This document shows, piece after piece, positions 38,638-48,843 of a stretch of DNA of 64,000 nucleotides (positions are counted from its first letter, which is position 1; the number at the start of each line of letters is the position of its first letter). This DNA comes from an uncultured Candidatus Saccharibacteria bacterium (lineage in GTDB: Bacteria > Patescibacteriota > Minisyncoccia > Phycocordibacterales > CAIZLB01). Where the stretch lies: positions 57,969 to 121,968 of the forward strand of contig CAZFOD010000001.1 of the NCBI GenBank assembly GCA_964520545.1. The letters run 5' to 3'. The notes beneath the pieces are model-generated. The model saw nothing but the letters and a program-made list of their open reading frames with translations, searched no databases and had not been told where the DNA came from. The position numbers were made by a program, and so were the translations under genes.

Positions 38638-39189
38638 ATGAAAAACCATCTTACAATTAAAGAAAAAGGAGCAGGAGTATTCGACTCATTGAAGGGTCAG
38701 TTCGGCTACAAGAATAAACTTCAGGCACCTCGTGTCGTTAAGGTGACTCTTTCTGCCACAACTGGTTCTATCAAAGACCCAAAGAAGAAGGATCTTATCG
38801 GTGATCGTCTTAACAAGATTGCAGGACAGAAGGCAACAGCTACAACTGCAAAGAAATCAGTTGCTTCATTCAAGGTTCGACAGGGAGACAAAATTGGATA
38901 TCAGGTTACTCTCCGAGGTGAGCGAATGTGGAGCTTCCTAGAGAAGCTTGTAAATGTTGCTCTTCCACGAACAAGAGACTTCCGTGGTATTGAAGCTAAG
39001 TCGGTCGACGCTATGGGTAACTATACCCTCGGTATCAAGGAGCACACTGTGTTCCCTGAGACGACAGACGAGGAAATTAAAGATGTGTTCGGATTTGCTG
39101 TCACTTTGGTGACTTCAGCAAAGAAGAAGGAGGAAACTAAGGCTCTTCTAGAACATCTCGGCTTTTTGTTCAAAAAAGCTGAAAAATAA
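38638..39189 (+). CDS. rplE: 50S ribosomal protein L5
   Basis: VTLRG, LPRTRDFRG, GNYTLGIKE. Confidence 0.97.
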   Translation: MKNHLTIKEKGAGVFDSLKGQFGYKNKLQAPRVVKVTLSATTGSIKDPKKKDLIGDRLNKIAGQKATATTAKKSVASFKVRQGDKIGYQVTLRGERMWSFLEKLVNVALPRTRDFRGIEAKSVDAMGNYTLGIKEHTVFPETTDEEIKDVFGFAVTLVTSAKKKEETKALLEHLGFLFKKAEK

Positions 39190-39238
39190 CATTGACTTTA
39201 GCCGTCAAAATTGATAGCATCACGAAACATTACGTATT

Positions 39239-39424
39239 ATGGCAAAAACATCAACAGTCGCACGATCACTTAAAGCACCGAAGTTCCAGAGCCGGGTAGT
39301 TCGACGATGTTTCCGATGTGGTCGAAAGCGAGGCTATATGCGAGACTTCGATATGTGTCGAATCTGCTTCCGAGAAGCAGCTAACGACGGACGAATCCCA
39401 GGAATAAAAAAATCATCATGGTAG
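39239..39424 (+). CDS. rpsN: 30S ribosomal protein S14 (zinc-binding, type Z)
   Basis: RCFRCGR...MCRICFRE...KSSW. Confidence 0.96.
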   Translation: MAKTSTVARSLKAPKFQSRVVRRCFRCGRKRGYMRDFDMCRICFREAANDGRIPGIKKSSW

Positions 39425-39807
39425 ACAGCATTTCATCACTTATCATAAAGCTTAAGAACGCAAACACTGCAGGTAAGACAGTAGTTTCTTTCCCATACTC
39501 AAAGATCCGAGAAGCTATTCTCAATACTCTTGCTAAGGAAGGCTATGTAAAGGCTGTTACAAAGAAGGGAAAGAAAGTTATTAAGGAAATTGAAGCTGAA
39601 CTCGTTTACGAAAACGGTAAGCCTCGAATCACAGGTATCGAACAGGTTTCAAAGCAGTCACGACGTATCTATCAGGGTGCTAATGAACTTCGACCTGTGC
39701 AGAGCGGATTCGGTTCTCTTATTGTTACTACTCCTAAAGGAGTTTTGACAGGAAAGGAGGCTCGAAAGGAAAAGGTCGGTGGAGAGGTTCTCTTTAAGAT
39801 CTGGTAA
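39418..39807 (+). CDS. rpsH: 30S ribosomal protein S8
   Basis: VSKQSRRIY, TPKGVLT, GGEVL. Confidence 0.96.
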   Translation: MVDSISSLIIKLKNANTAGKTVVSFPYSKIREAILNTLAKEGYVKAVTKKGKKVIKEIEAELVYENGKPRITGIEQVSKQSRRIYQGANELRPVQSGFGSLIVTTPKGVLTGKEARKEKVGGEVLFKIW

Positions 39808-39819
39808 TCATTTAAATAT

Positions 39820-40353
39820 ATGTCACGAACAGGTAAACAAAAAATCGAAATCCCAGCAAAGACAGAAGTCACTATGGTTGACGGTTTGTTTACTGTGAAG
39901 GGCCCAAAGGGAGAATTGAAGCGTGAGTTCAAGAGCGTTATCGCTATCAAAATCGATGGATCTTCTATTACACTTGAGCCTATGAAGAACTCACTAGAGA
40001 CAAAAGCGCTCTGGGGCACATATGCTTCACATGTTAAGAATATGATAACGGGTGTAAACACTCCTTACGTTAAAAAACTCATTCTCGAAGGTATCGGTTA
40101 CAAATCTGACGTCGTTGGAACCACACTTAAGATGGCACTCGGTTTTTCACACCCAGTAAATGTAGAGATTCCACAGGGTCTTACAGTTACTTCAGAAAAG
40201 GGTACAATTACTGTTACTGGTCCAGATAAGGAAGCTGTTGGTCAGTTTGCAGCAGAAGTTCGTGCTTTGAAGAAGCCTGAGCCGTATAAGGGAAAAGGTT
40301 TTCGATATGAAGGAGAGGTTATCAAGCGAAAGCAAGGTAAGAAGACAGCTTAG
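39820..40353 (+). CDS. rplF: 50S ribosomal protein L6
   Basis: [14 protein letters not shown]. Confidence 0.97.
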   Translation: MSRTGKQKIEIPAKTEVTMVDGLFTVKGPKGELKREFKSVIAIKIDGSSITLEPMKNSLETKALWGTYASHVKNMITGVNTPYVKKLILEGIGYKSDVVGTTLKMALGFSHPVNVEIPQGLTVTSEKGTITVTGPDKEAVGQFAAEVRALKKPEPYKGKGFRYEGEVIKRKQGKKTA

Positions 40354-40367
40354 TTTATAGAACTACC

Positions 40368-40712
40368 ATGAAACAACACATTATTTCATCAACACGAGAT
40401 CGACGACGAAAGCGCATTCGCGCGAAGGTTTCTGGTACAGCAGATCGACCTCGACTTTCAGTGTTCAAATCAAACACAACTATTTACGCACAGCTCATCG
40501 ACGATGATGCTGGCAAGACTTTGGCAATGGCCTCAACAAAAGGGTTGAAGGGGAACAAGACAGAGGCTGCAAAGGCAGCGGGGCTTGCTCTCGCAAAGGC
40601 AGCTCAGGGAAACAAAATCGTTGCTGTTGTATTTGATCGAGGCGGCTTTATTTACACAGGACGAGTAAAGGCTCTTGCCGAAGGCGCGCGAGAAGGCGGT
40701 CTCAAATTCTAA
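40368..40712 (+). CDS. rplR: 50S ribosomal protein L18
   Basis: [19 protein letters not shown]. Confidence 0.97.
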   Translation: MKQHIISSTRDRRRKRIRAKVSGTADRPRLSVFKSNTTIYAQLIDDDAGKTLAMASTKGLKGNKTEAAKAAGLALAKAAQGNKIVAVVFDRGGFIYTGRVKALAEGAREGGLKF

Positions 40713-40716
40713 ATAT

Positions 40717-41373
40717 ATGACTGAAGAAAACAAAACACAGGAAAATACAGAAACAACACCAGTAGCCCCAGCTCCAGCTATTGCATCAGTGCTTGCAGCT
40801 ACGGCAACAGGCCCTCAGGCTGCTCCTACTCCATTCCAGCGAAATGATCGACGTGGTGCCTCAGCAGGTGGTCCTCGACGAGATGGTGGACGTGGTGGAG
40901 AGCGACGAGGTGGTCCTCGACGTGAACCTCGCGCTAAGCCAGAGTTTGATCAGAAAATTATCGATATCCGACGAGTAACACGAGTTGCATCAGGAGGACG
41001 ACGATTTAGCTTTGCTGTATCTCTAGTTGCCGGCGACCGAAAGGGTCGTGTTGGTGTGGGTACAGGAAAGGGGGGTGATACAGCGCTCGCTGTAGACAAG
41101 GCAGCTCGAAATGCTAAGAAGAATATGATTCTTGTTAATCTTACAAAAACAGGAAGCATCGCTCATGAAATCAAGGCTAAATATTCTAGCGCGCGTGTTG
41201 AAATGATGCCTGCTCCTGGAAAGGGAATTGTAGCTGGTAGCTCAGTTCGAGATGTTATTGACCTTGCTGGTATCAAAGATATTACAGCAAAGCTTCGATC
41301 TGGAACAAAGAATAAGCTTAACAACGCACGAGCAGCTGTCATGGCTCTTGGCTTGATAAAGAAAGCGCGTTAA
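40717..41373 (+). CDS. rpsE: 30S ribosomal protein S5
   Basis: RRVTRVASGGRRF, VGVGTGK. Directly followed by rplO, with no rpmD. Confidence 0.96.
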   Translation: MTEENKTQENTETTPVAPAPAIASVLAATATGPQAAPTPFQRNDRRGASAGGPRRDGGRGGERRGGPRREPRAKPEFDQKIIDIRRVTRVASGGRRFSFAVSLVAGDRKGRVGVGTGKGGDTALAVDKAARNAKKNMILVNLTKTGSIAHEIKAKYSSARVEMMPAPGKGIVAGSSVRDVIDLAGIKDITAKLRSGTKNKLNNARAAVMALGLIKKAR

Positions 41374-41396
41374 TTTAGATATATAATTACACTGCC

Positions 41397-41834
41397 ATGC
41401 AAATGCACAACCTCAAGCGAAAATATCCAACAGTTAAAACTACTCAAATAGGGCGTGGTGGCAAACGTGGTAAGACTTCAGGAAAGGGAGGCAAGGGTCA
41501 GACTGCTCGAGCCGGTGCTAAGGTTCGACCAGAGATTCGAGATACAATTAAGAGACTTCCTAAGCTTCGAGGACGAGGAAAGAACTCTTTCCTTTCTATC
41601 CAGACAAAGCCTGTTGCACTTAACCTTTCACATCTTTCAGTATTTAAGGCTGGAGAAAAAGTAACACCTAAGACTCTCGTTGATAAAGGTGTTATCACTA
41701 TATACAAAGGACGATATCCATCAGTAAAGATTCTTTCTAACGGTGAGGTTTCTACAAAGCTTGTCATTTCAGATTGCGATGTTTCTGCCAGCGCTAAGAC
41801 TAAAATCGAAGCAGCAGGCGGTAACGTAAAGTAA
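41397..41834 (+). CDS. rplO: 50S ribosomal protein L15
   Basis: GRGGKRGKTSGKGGKGQTAR, KIEAAGG. Confidence 0.96.
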   Translation: MQMHNLKRKYPTVKTTQIGRGGKRGKTSGKGGKGQTARAGAKVRPEIRDTIKRLPKLRGRGKNSFLSIQTKPVALNLSHLSVFKAGEKVTPKTLVDKGVITIYKGRYPSVKILSNGEVSTKLVISDCDVSASAKTKIEAAGGNVK

Positions 41835-41835
41835 T

Positions 41836-43107
41836 ATGAATACATTCTTTTCAAAGATAAAATCACTTTTTTCAGACAGGACTCTTCGAAATCGAACATT
41901 GTTCGTTATCGGAGCTCTTATTGTTTTTAGACTCCTTGCGGTAGTTCCAATTCCTGGAGTTGACGAAGCGGCCCTTGCTCAGTTTTTGAACGGAAATCAG
42001 TTTTTTGGACTTCTTAATATTTTCTCTGGAGGAGGGCTTTCAACTCTCTCAATCGTTATGCTCGGTGTCGGTCCTTACATTACGGCTTCCATCATCATGC
42101 AGCTCGTTACGATGATGTCAGACAGAATGAAGGCTATGTATCAGGAAGATGGTGAGGCGGGAAGAAGGAAGTTTAATCAATACACTCGACTCATTACTGT
42201 TCCTCTCGCGTTTGTTCAGGCATTCGCGTTTATCGTTATTCTTCAGAGACAAGGTATTGTTGCTAATCTAGAGACTTTTGATCTCGTTCGGAACGTAATG
42301 GTTATCGTTACAGGCTCAATTCTTCTTATGTGGATTGGAGAACTTATGACAGAGTTCGGTATCGGTAACGGTCTTTCAATGATTATCTTTGCAGGTATAG
42401 TCTCAGGGCTTCCTCAGGCTATTGGGCAGCTTCGAGTGATTTACGATCCAGCTCAGCTTCCTCTGTACATTGGCTTGTTGGTTGCGGCAATTGTTGTAAT
42501 CTACGCTGTTGTATTCATAACGGAGGCAGAGCGACCAATCCCTGTTACTTATGCAAAGCAGGTTCGTGGTGGAAAGGTGTATGGTGGAGCTTCTACATAT
42601 CTTCCTCTTCGACTTAACCAGGCTGGAGTTATTCCAATCATCTTCGCCCTCTCTATACTTCTCTTGCCTCAGATGCTTTTCAACCTACTGTCATATGCTA
42701 ACAATGTGACTATTGCTCGAATTTCAGTTGCTGTATCTGACTTCATGGCTAACCCATGGCTCTATGCTCTTGCATACTTCATTCTTGTATTCCTCTTCAC
42801 ATTCTTCTACACAGCTGTTACGTTCGATCCACAGTCAATTTCAACCAACCTTCAGAAGAATGGAGCTTTCATTCCTGGTGTTCGTCCTGGCGACCCTACA
42901 TCAGTTCACTTGAGCAAGGTGGTTACTCGAATCACACTTGTTGGAGCACTCTTCCTTGGTATCATCGCGGTTCTTCCTCCTGTTGTTCATGCCCTTACAG
43001 GTATTCAGCAGATTACTCTCGGAGGTACAGCGCTCCTCATCGTGGTACAGGTTGTTCTCGACATCGTAAAGAAAGTCGACGCTCAGTTAGCAATGCGAGA
43101 ATATTAA
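41836..43107 (+). CDS. secY: Preprotein translocase SecY
   Basis: LGVGPYITASIIMQL, GIGNG, FIPGVRPG, GGTALLI. Confidence 0.97.
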   Translation: MNTFFSKIKSLFSDRTLRNRTLFVIGALIVFRLLAVVPIPGVDEAALAQFLNGNQFFGLLNIFSGGGLSTLSIVMLGVGPYITASIIMQLVTMMSDRMKAMYQEDGEAGRRKFNQYTRLITVPLAFVQAFAFIVILQRQGIVANLETFDLVRNVMVIVTGSILLMWIGELMTEFGIGNGLSMIIFAGIVSGLPQAIGQLRVIYDPAQLPLYIGLLVAAIVVIYAVVFITEAERPIPVTYAKQVRGGKVYGGASTYLPLRLNQAGVIPIIFALSILLLPQMLFNLLSYANNVTIARISVAVSDFMANPWLYALAYFILVFLFTFFYTAVTFDPQSISTNLQKNGAFIPGVRPGDPTSVHLSKVVTRITLVGALFLGIIAVLPPVVHALTGIQQITLGGTALLIVVQVVLDIVKKVDAQLAMREY

Positions 43108-43179
43108 TATCTCCATATTAGAATATTGAAATGGCTCCGAAAGGAGCCTTTTCTTTTTGCGTGATATGATATTAATACT

Positions 43180-43794
43180 ATGACACCAAAGACCTTCATA
43201 CTCATGGGTAGGTCCGGATGCGGAAAGGGTACACAATCAAAGCTACTTCGTGATGTTGTTTTAGCCAAAGACGAGGGCAAAAGAAAAGTCGTATATCTTG
43301 AGACCGGTGAACGATTCCGTGAATTCATCAAAATGAAAGGATTTTCCAGTGCGTTAGCAGCTGAGGTTAACAAAACAGGCATGCCTCAACCTGCATTTCT
43401 TGCCGTGTGGAATTGGGCACATCTTTTGGTGGAACAAATGACAGGTGAAGAACATCTTTTCATCGATGGTACACCGCGATCATATCAGGAGGCGTTGGTA
43501 TTTGATTCAGCGGTAAATTTTTACAAACGTGAGAATCCTACAGTCATATATATCGATGTGAGTAAGGATTGGTCCCGTGAAAGATTGGTAAGTCGTGCGA
43601 AAACTGAAGGAAGACTTGATGATCAGAATGCGGAAAGAATCGAGAAGCGTCTTTCTTGGTTTGATACAGAGGTAATTCCAGCGGTCGACTTTTTTCGGGT
43701 GAATGAAAGATATACATATATCCACGTGAACGGGGAGCAGCCCATAGAAAAGGTTCATGCGGACATCATTGCGGAATTGGAGCGAAACAAGTAG
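43180..43794 (+). CDS. adk: Adenylate/nucleoside monophosphate kinase
   Basis: GRSGCGKGTQ, DGTPR, GRLDD; located after secY. Confidence 0.85.
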   Translation: MTPKTFILMGRSGCGKGTQSKLLRDVVLAKDEGKRKVVYLETGERFREFIKMKGFSSALAAEVNKTGMPQPAFLAVWNWAHLLVEQMTGEEHLFIDGTPRSYQEALVFDSAVNFYKRENPTVIYIDVSKDWSRERLVSRAKTEGRLDDQNAERIEKRLSWFDTEVIPAVDFFRVNERYTYIHVNGEQPIEKVHADIIAELERNK

Positions 43795-43806
43795 TATGTT
43801 TTTTAC

Positions 43807-44598
43807 ATGACAGCGAGCATAAAGACAGCAGGAGATATCGAGATATTGAGAAAAGCGGGAGCTATCCTTGCTGATATTTTGCGTAAATTAGATATGGCAG
43901 CAAAGCCAGGTGTTTCCTCTCAAGACCTAGAAGATCTAGCTAGAAAGCTAACTGCAGAGGCTGGCGCTACACCTGCATTTCTTGGATATACACCACAAGG
44001 AGCGAATCACCCTTTCCCTGCAGCACTATGTCTCTCAATTAACGACGTAGTGGTGCATGGTATACCAAATGTTAATCCTTCTGTATTGGAAGAGGGTGAT
44101 ATTGTTACTATCGATATGGGCATATCGTACAAGGGGTTGATAGTAGACAGTGCGATTACCGTAGGTATTGGGGAGGTTGATAGCAGGGGCAAGCAACTTC
44201 TTAAGGCGGGTAAGGAAACACTCGATGCTGCAATTGAGCTTTGTAAGAACAGGACGGGGGCTATAAAAACAGGAGATATAGGTGCTGCTATAGAAAAAGC
44301 TGGTGAGTACTATCACAAGACTTATGGTTTTAATTTTGCAGAAGGTCTCGGCGGGCATGGAGTTGGATATGCTGTGCACGAAGATCCATTTGTTCCAAAT
44401 TTTGGTAAGCCTGGACAGGGTGTTGTATTGAAGCCTGGAATGGTCATAGCTATCGAACCGATTTTGAATGAAGGTGACAGCAGAATCACTCTTGATGACG
44501 ATGACTATACATATCGTACATTTGATGGAAAGCGCAGTGTGCACTTTGAACATACGGTTTTGATAACAGAGACAGGGGCAGAGGTTTTGACTGCGTAG
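43807..44598 (+). CDS. map: Methionine aminopeptidase type I
   Basis: VVHGIP, GHGVG..VHEDP, IAIEP, HFEHT. Confidence 0.96.
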   Translation: MTASIKTAGDIEILRKAGAILADILRKLDMAAKPGVSSQDLEDLARKLTAEAGATPAFLGYTPQGANHPFPAALCLSINDVVVHGIPNVNPSVLEEGDIVTIDMGISYKGLIVDSAITVGIGEVDSRGKQLLKAGKETLDAAIELCKNRTGAIKTGDIGAAIEKAGEYYHKTYGFNFAEGLGGHGVGYAVHEDPFVPNFGKPGQGVVLKPGMVIAIEPILNEGDSRITLDDDDYTYRTFDGKRSVHFEHTVLITETGAEVLTA

Positions 44599-44660
44599 AT
44601 ATATTTCACAGTTCTCTCTGGCTATCGCTCGGAAGTGAACAATGTCGTATAATAATCCTA

Positions 44661-47471
44661 ATGGAACAACGCGGTTTAACATACGAAGGTAAGCAATTTA
44701 GTTCTCCTGAGGAAGAACTTCAATATTTACGACAAGTTGTCGCTAGTAAGGAACGCGGTCTTAGCTCTATTGGTGAAAAGAAAGAGCGTGAAGCAATAAT
44801 TGCAGAAGAACTTTCTACATACAGCAGACAGCAAATGGATAAGGTGTTGCATGAGAGCTACAAGATGCCTGCTCACGAACAGCGAGAGATTGTTCTTGAA
44901 CTTTCTCCTGAGCCTCATGATAAGAAAATAGAAGAATTGCTTTCTGTGATGTATGAGCGCGGAGTGCTGAATGCTTTAGCTGTTGCTGGTGCGTTCAATA
45001 ATCCTCATATCGATGACGACTTCCACCGATTCCTTGTTGAATATATAAAGAAGGGGTTGCCGACACCTGGGCTTAAAGAGACTTTACCCATAGCTAAGGC
45101 TTTGAAACATACTCTGTACGAAGTTTCATTACCAGAGGCAAAGAAAGATGATCAGAAGAAGGTGTTGAAGGAAATGCTTTCATCTATGGAGCAATTCTAC
45201 TCAGGTATGCTTTCTGTTTCAGGTGGTCGCGAGACTGCTGAGGAGAACCAGTTCTCGCTGGAGCTTGCAGTTGCAGAGGGTGGTGAAGAGTTTGTTTTCT
45301 ATGTATCAGTACCTGACAGTAAAGCTGGGCTTTTTGAAAAACAGTTTCTCTCCATATTCTCGAATGCAAAAATAGTTGAAAAGAAGGATAGCTACAACGT
45401 CTTTAATGTCGACGGTTTTTCTGTTGGAGCTGAAGCTGAACAGACAAAGAATCCCATATTTCCAATTAAGCAATATGAACAATTTGATTACGATCCTTTG
45501 AACGTAATATTGAATACATTGTCAAAGATTGAAAAAGATGGGGAAGGGGCATCAATACAAATCATTTTCAATCCAGTTGGTGATTACTACACAAAGCTTT
45601 ACAAAGACGCTCTTGATGAAATCAACAAAGGTACAAGTGTTAAGAAGGCTATCGATATCCGCCATAGTATATGGGGAGAGTTTACAAAAGTTGCTGGGGA
45701 AATGGCTAAGGATATCGCCAAGGAAGCAGTGACAAGTGGTAAGAAGGATGAAAAGAAAGATAAGCCAATTGATCAGATTGCTGTCGAGCAAATCACTGCG
45801 AAAATCTCAAGCCCAATAGCTGAAACCAACATCCGTATTGTCGCTTCTGCAGCCAATCGCCCTCGTGCAGAACATATTCTTTCTGATATGGAAGCGGCCT
45901 TTAATCAATTTGAGAATCCACTAGGCTCAGGATTGAAATTTAAAAGAAAGGAGGGTGGGGAGCTTAATGAGTTGTTCCATAACTTTAGTTATCGCCTGTT
46001 CGATAAGCGAAAGGCACTCCCTGTGTCTTTGCGAGAGTTGACCACCGTCATGCATTTTCCAGTTGAAAGTGTTGTAAGTTCATCTCAACTTAAACAGTCG
46101 AAAGCAGGAACAGCTTCTGCACCGATTGGATTGCCGAAGCAGGGGATTTTCCTTGGAACAAACAAGCATCGTAATACGGAAACAAAGATATATATGAGTA
46201 AGGAGGACAGATTACGTCACTTCTATGCAATTGGACAAACAGGTACAGGTAAATCCACCATGTTGAAAAACATGATTATTCAAGATATCAAAAATGGAGA
46301 GGGAATATGCTTCATTGATCCACACGGCTCCGATGTTCAGGATATCTTGGCACACATTCCTCCAGAGCGCTACGATGATGTCATATATTTTGATCCGTCT
46401 CATGTTGATCGGCCAATGGCACTCAACATGCTCGAATACAATCGAGATTTCCCTGAACAAAAGACATTCGTCGTAAACGAACTTTTTAGCATCTTCCAGA
46501 AGCTGTACGGAGGTGTGCCCGAATCTATGGGTCCAATGTTTGAACAATATTTCCGAAACGCAACAATGCTTGTGATTGAAGACCCGGATAGTGGTTGTAC
46601 ATTGCTCGATGTTTCTCGAGTAATGGCTGTTAAGAGTTTCCGTGATATGAAGATTTCGAAGTGTAAGAATCCAATAGTCGTACAGTTCTGGAAAGAGATT
46701 GCTGAAAAGGCAGGAGGGGAAGGGTCTTTGCAGAACATGGTGCCATATATCACAAGTAAGTTCGATGTGTTCCTTGCAAACGACATCATGCGACCAATCA
46801 TTGCTCAGGAGAAGTCGAGCTTTAATTTCAGAGAGATTATGGACAGCAAGAAAATCTTGCTTGTAAATCTTGCAAAAGGAAGACTGGGGGATATTAACTC
46901 ATCTCTCATTGGTCTCATTCTCGTCGGTAAAATTCTCATGGCAGCACTTTCACGTGTTGATTCATTCGGTAAAGATATGAATCCTTTCTATCTCTACATC
47001 GACGAATTTCAAAATATCACCACACCTTCCATCTCAACCATTCTTTCAGAAGCCCGAAAGTACAAACTTTCTCTAAACATTGCACATCAGTTCATCGCGC
47101 AGTTGGATGAGAATATAAAGGATGCAGTGTTTGGTAACGTTGGATCTATGGCGGTGTTTCGAGTGGGAAGTGAAGACGCTGAGTTTTTGCAGAAACAGTT
47201 TGAACCAGTATTTACCTCAAGCGATATTATGAATATCGATAACATGAATTGCTACTTGAAAATGCTTTCAGATGGAAAGCCAACTCGTCCTTTCAATATT
47301 GAATTCACATGGCCAGAGCCTGGTAACAAAAAGATTGTTGAGAAAATAAAGGAATTGTCGTATCTAAAGTTTGGACAAGACAGGGAAGAGGTTGAAGCTG
47401 CTATTTTGGAGAAGTATAAAAAAGAGCCTGTTCCCGAAAGACCTGCGAGAGAAAATCCGTTTGGTGTATAA
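44661..47471 (+). CDS. Large VirD4/TraD-like coupling ATPase (HerA/FtsK superfamily)
   Basis: RLRHFYAIGQTGTGKS Walker A, IDPHG, LYIDEFQN Walker B, LSEARKY and AHQ. Confidence 0.85.
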   Translation: MEQRGLTYEGKQFSSPEEELQYLRQVVASKERGLSSIGEKKEREAIIAEELSTYSRQQMDKVLHESYKMPAHEQREIVLELSPEPHDKKIEELLSVMYERGVLNALAVAGAFNNPHIDDDFHRFLVEYIKKGLPTPGLKETLPIAKALKHTLYEVSLPEAKKDDQKKVLKEMLSSMEQFYSGMLSVSGGRETAEENQFSLELAVAEGGEEFVFYVSVPDSKAGLFEKQFLSIFSNAKIVEKKDSYNVFNVDGFSVGAEAEQTKNPIFPIKQYEQFDYDPLNVILNTLSKIEKDGEGASIQIIFNPVGDYYTKLYKDALDEINKGTSVKKAIDIRHSIWGEFTKVAGEMAKDIAKEAVTSGKKDEKKDKPIDQIAVEQITAKISSPIAETNIRIVASAANRPRAEHILSDMEAAFNQFENPLGSGLKFKRKEGGELNELFHNFSYRLFDKRKALPVSLRELTTVMHFPVESVVSSSQLKQSKAGTASAPIGLPKQGIFLGTNKHRNTETKIYMSKEDRLRHFYAIGQTGTGKSTMLKNMIIQDIKNGEGICFIDPHGSDVQDILAHIPPERYDDVIYFDPSHVDRPMALNMLEYNRDFPEQKTFVVNELFSIFQKLYGGVPESMGPMFEQYFRNATMLVIEDPDSGCTLLDVSRVMAVKSFRDMKISKCKNPIVVQFWKEIAEKAGGEGSLQNMVPYITSKFDVFLANDIMRPIIAQEKSSFNFREIMDSKKILLVNLAKGRLGDINSSLIGLILVGKILMAALSRVDSFGKDMNPFYLYIDEFQNITTPSISTILSEARKYKLSLNIAHQFIAQLDENIKDAVFGNVGSMAVFRVGSEDAEFLQKQFEPVFTSSDIMNIDNMNCYLKMLSDGKPTRPFNIEFTWPEPGNKKIVEKIKELSYLKFGQDREEVEAAILEKYKKEPVPERPARENPFGV

Positions 47472-48056
47472 AAAAATGAGCCCCGGTGCACGAACGATGT
47501 CGTGCCCGGGGCTGTTAGACGCGGAGGGTGTCCCTCGGCGTCGCTATCCTTTTCTGTCGATGGGCTGCGCGTGCCCGATATCTTCGCGCATTCGCGGCGG
47601 CCTCGAAACGAATCACTGCTCGGCCGCCCGTTTTCACAAGACTAACCCACTAACATGACATTCACGGTCACAATCGCGATTGGTCGCCGAGGATCATGCC
47701 CCGGCTAACGTTTTCGCCATGCCGCAAATGAACGAAGCCCCGTTACAAGTCCGAGTGGCTAAGCTCCTCGGAGGGTGACTTCAAGCCGTTCGCGGTACGT
47801 TACTCATCTGCATCCGATGCCTGTCGGAAGGTGCACTCATTTGATAACGTCTGATTTCCCACAGATATTCGAGCAAAGGCACGCTCGTCTATCCCGACAA
47901 CTTTCTACAAGCTCTACCAGGCTCGTCATCCGTTGTCCTTGCCATCTATCATGTAGTAAAGAACCACACGCTAGGATTGGGATCCTGCGTCCGAATAGTC
48001 TGGTTGTTGACTATATTTAGCGATAACGCCCTTTCGGTCGTTCCCATCGCTCAATA
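47471..48056 (-). ncRNA. Candidate large structured non-coding RNA (~580 nt), class unknown
   Basis: Consensus promoter TTGACA(48089-84)-16 bp-TATAAT(48067-62), GC-rich sequence with many hairpins, no minus-strand ORF of 60 aa or more, and a terminator at 47470-47513. Confidence 0.6.
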
Positions 48057-48127
48057 CAAGTATTATAGCAGTATATGGGAAATTGTCAATACCTGAAAAA
48101 AGCCTTTAAATATGGTTAAATGAGAAC

Positions 48128-48757
48128 ATGCACACCAAAAAAACAGTAACTGATCATTACAAATACGAACGAACCCTTGTCATCATCAAGCCAGATGGAA
48201 TACAACGCAGTCTCATAGGAGAGATAATCGGGAGGTATGAGCGACTTGGTTTGAAACTGATTGGTCTCAAGCTCATGGTTCCAACTGAAGAGATGATAGA
48301 ACAGCACTACACTCTCGATCCTGAATGGAGAAGGGTCACGGGAGAAAAAACCATTAAGGGATATTTGGATAAGGGGCTAACTCCTCCAGTTACTGATCCT
48401 TTAGAGGTCACAACAAGATTGTTACTTCGATTGAAGAAATATATGACAGCTGGTCCTGTCATTGCTATGGTGTGGCAAGGTGCGCATGCCGTTGAGGTGG
48501 TGAGGAAGATAACAGGAGGAACTGAACCTCTTAAATCTCCAGTCGGTACAATTCGTGGCGACTATGTTTTAGATTCATATCAAATGTCAGATGTAGACCA
48601 GCGATCTGTTCGTAATTTAATTCACGCCTCAGGATCACCAAAAGAGGCTGATGATGAGATTTCACACTGGTTTAAACCGGAAGAGTTACTTGATTACAAA
48701 CTTGTGCAGGAACAAATCACATATTCAGCAAGTATTGACGGCATATTTGGGGAATAA
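48128..48757 (+). CDS. ndk: Nucleoside diphosphate kinase
   Basis: ERTLVIIKPDG, GTIRGDY, RNLIHASGS. Confidence 0.94.
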   Translation: MHTKKTVTDHYKYERTLVIIKPDGIQRSLIGEIIGRYERLGLKLIGLKLMVPTEEMIEQHYTLDPEWRRVTGEKTIKGYLDKGLTPPVTDPLEVTTRLLLRLKKYMTAGPVIAMVWQGAHAVEVVRKITGGTEPLKSPVGTIRGDYVLDSYQMSDVDQRSVRNLIHASGSPKEADDEISHWFKPEELLDYKLVQEQITYSASIDGIFGE

Positions 48758-48843
48758 GAAAGAATCCATTAATATCGAACTGCAATATTGAAACTTGGTG
48801 TTGTAAAGATTGCAACGCAAAATGAAAGTAGCATAATGAGCAC

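Noticed and set aside
41374-41396. Absence of rpmD (L30) as a novelty
   Set aside because: Known general trait of CPR bacteria; used only as a taxonomic clue.
47371-48020. Short + strand ORFs (95 aa and 81 aa) in the ncRNA region
   Set aside because: Arg/Ser/Pro/Cys-rich composition typical of spurious frames; the promoter and terminator point to the minus strand.
47471-48056. RNase P RNA, group I/II intron or CRISPR as an explanation of the GC-rich intergenic tract
   Set aside because: No GAGGAAAGUCC/P4 signature, no intron domain V or core motifs seen, and no regularly spaced repeats.
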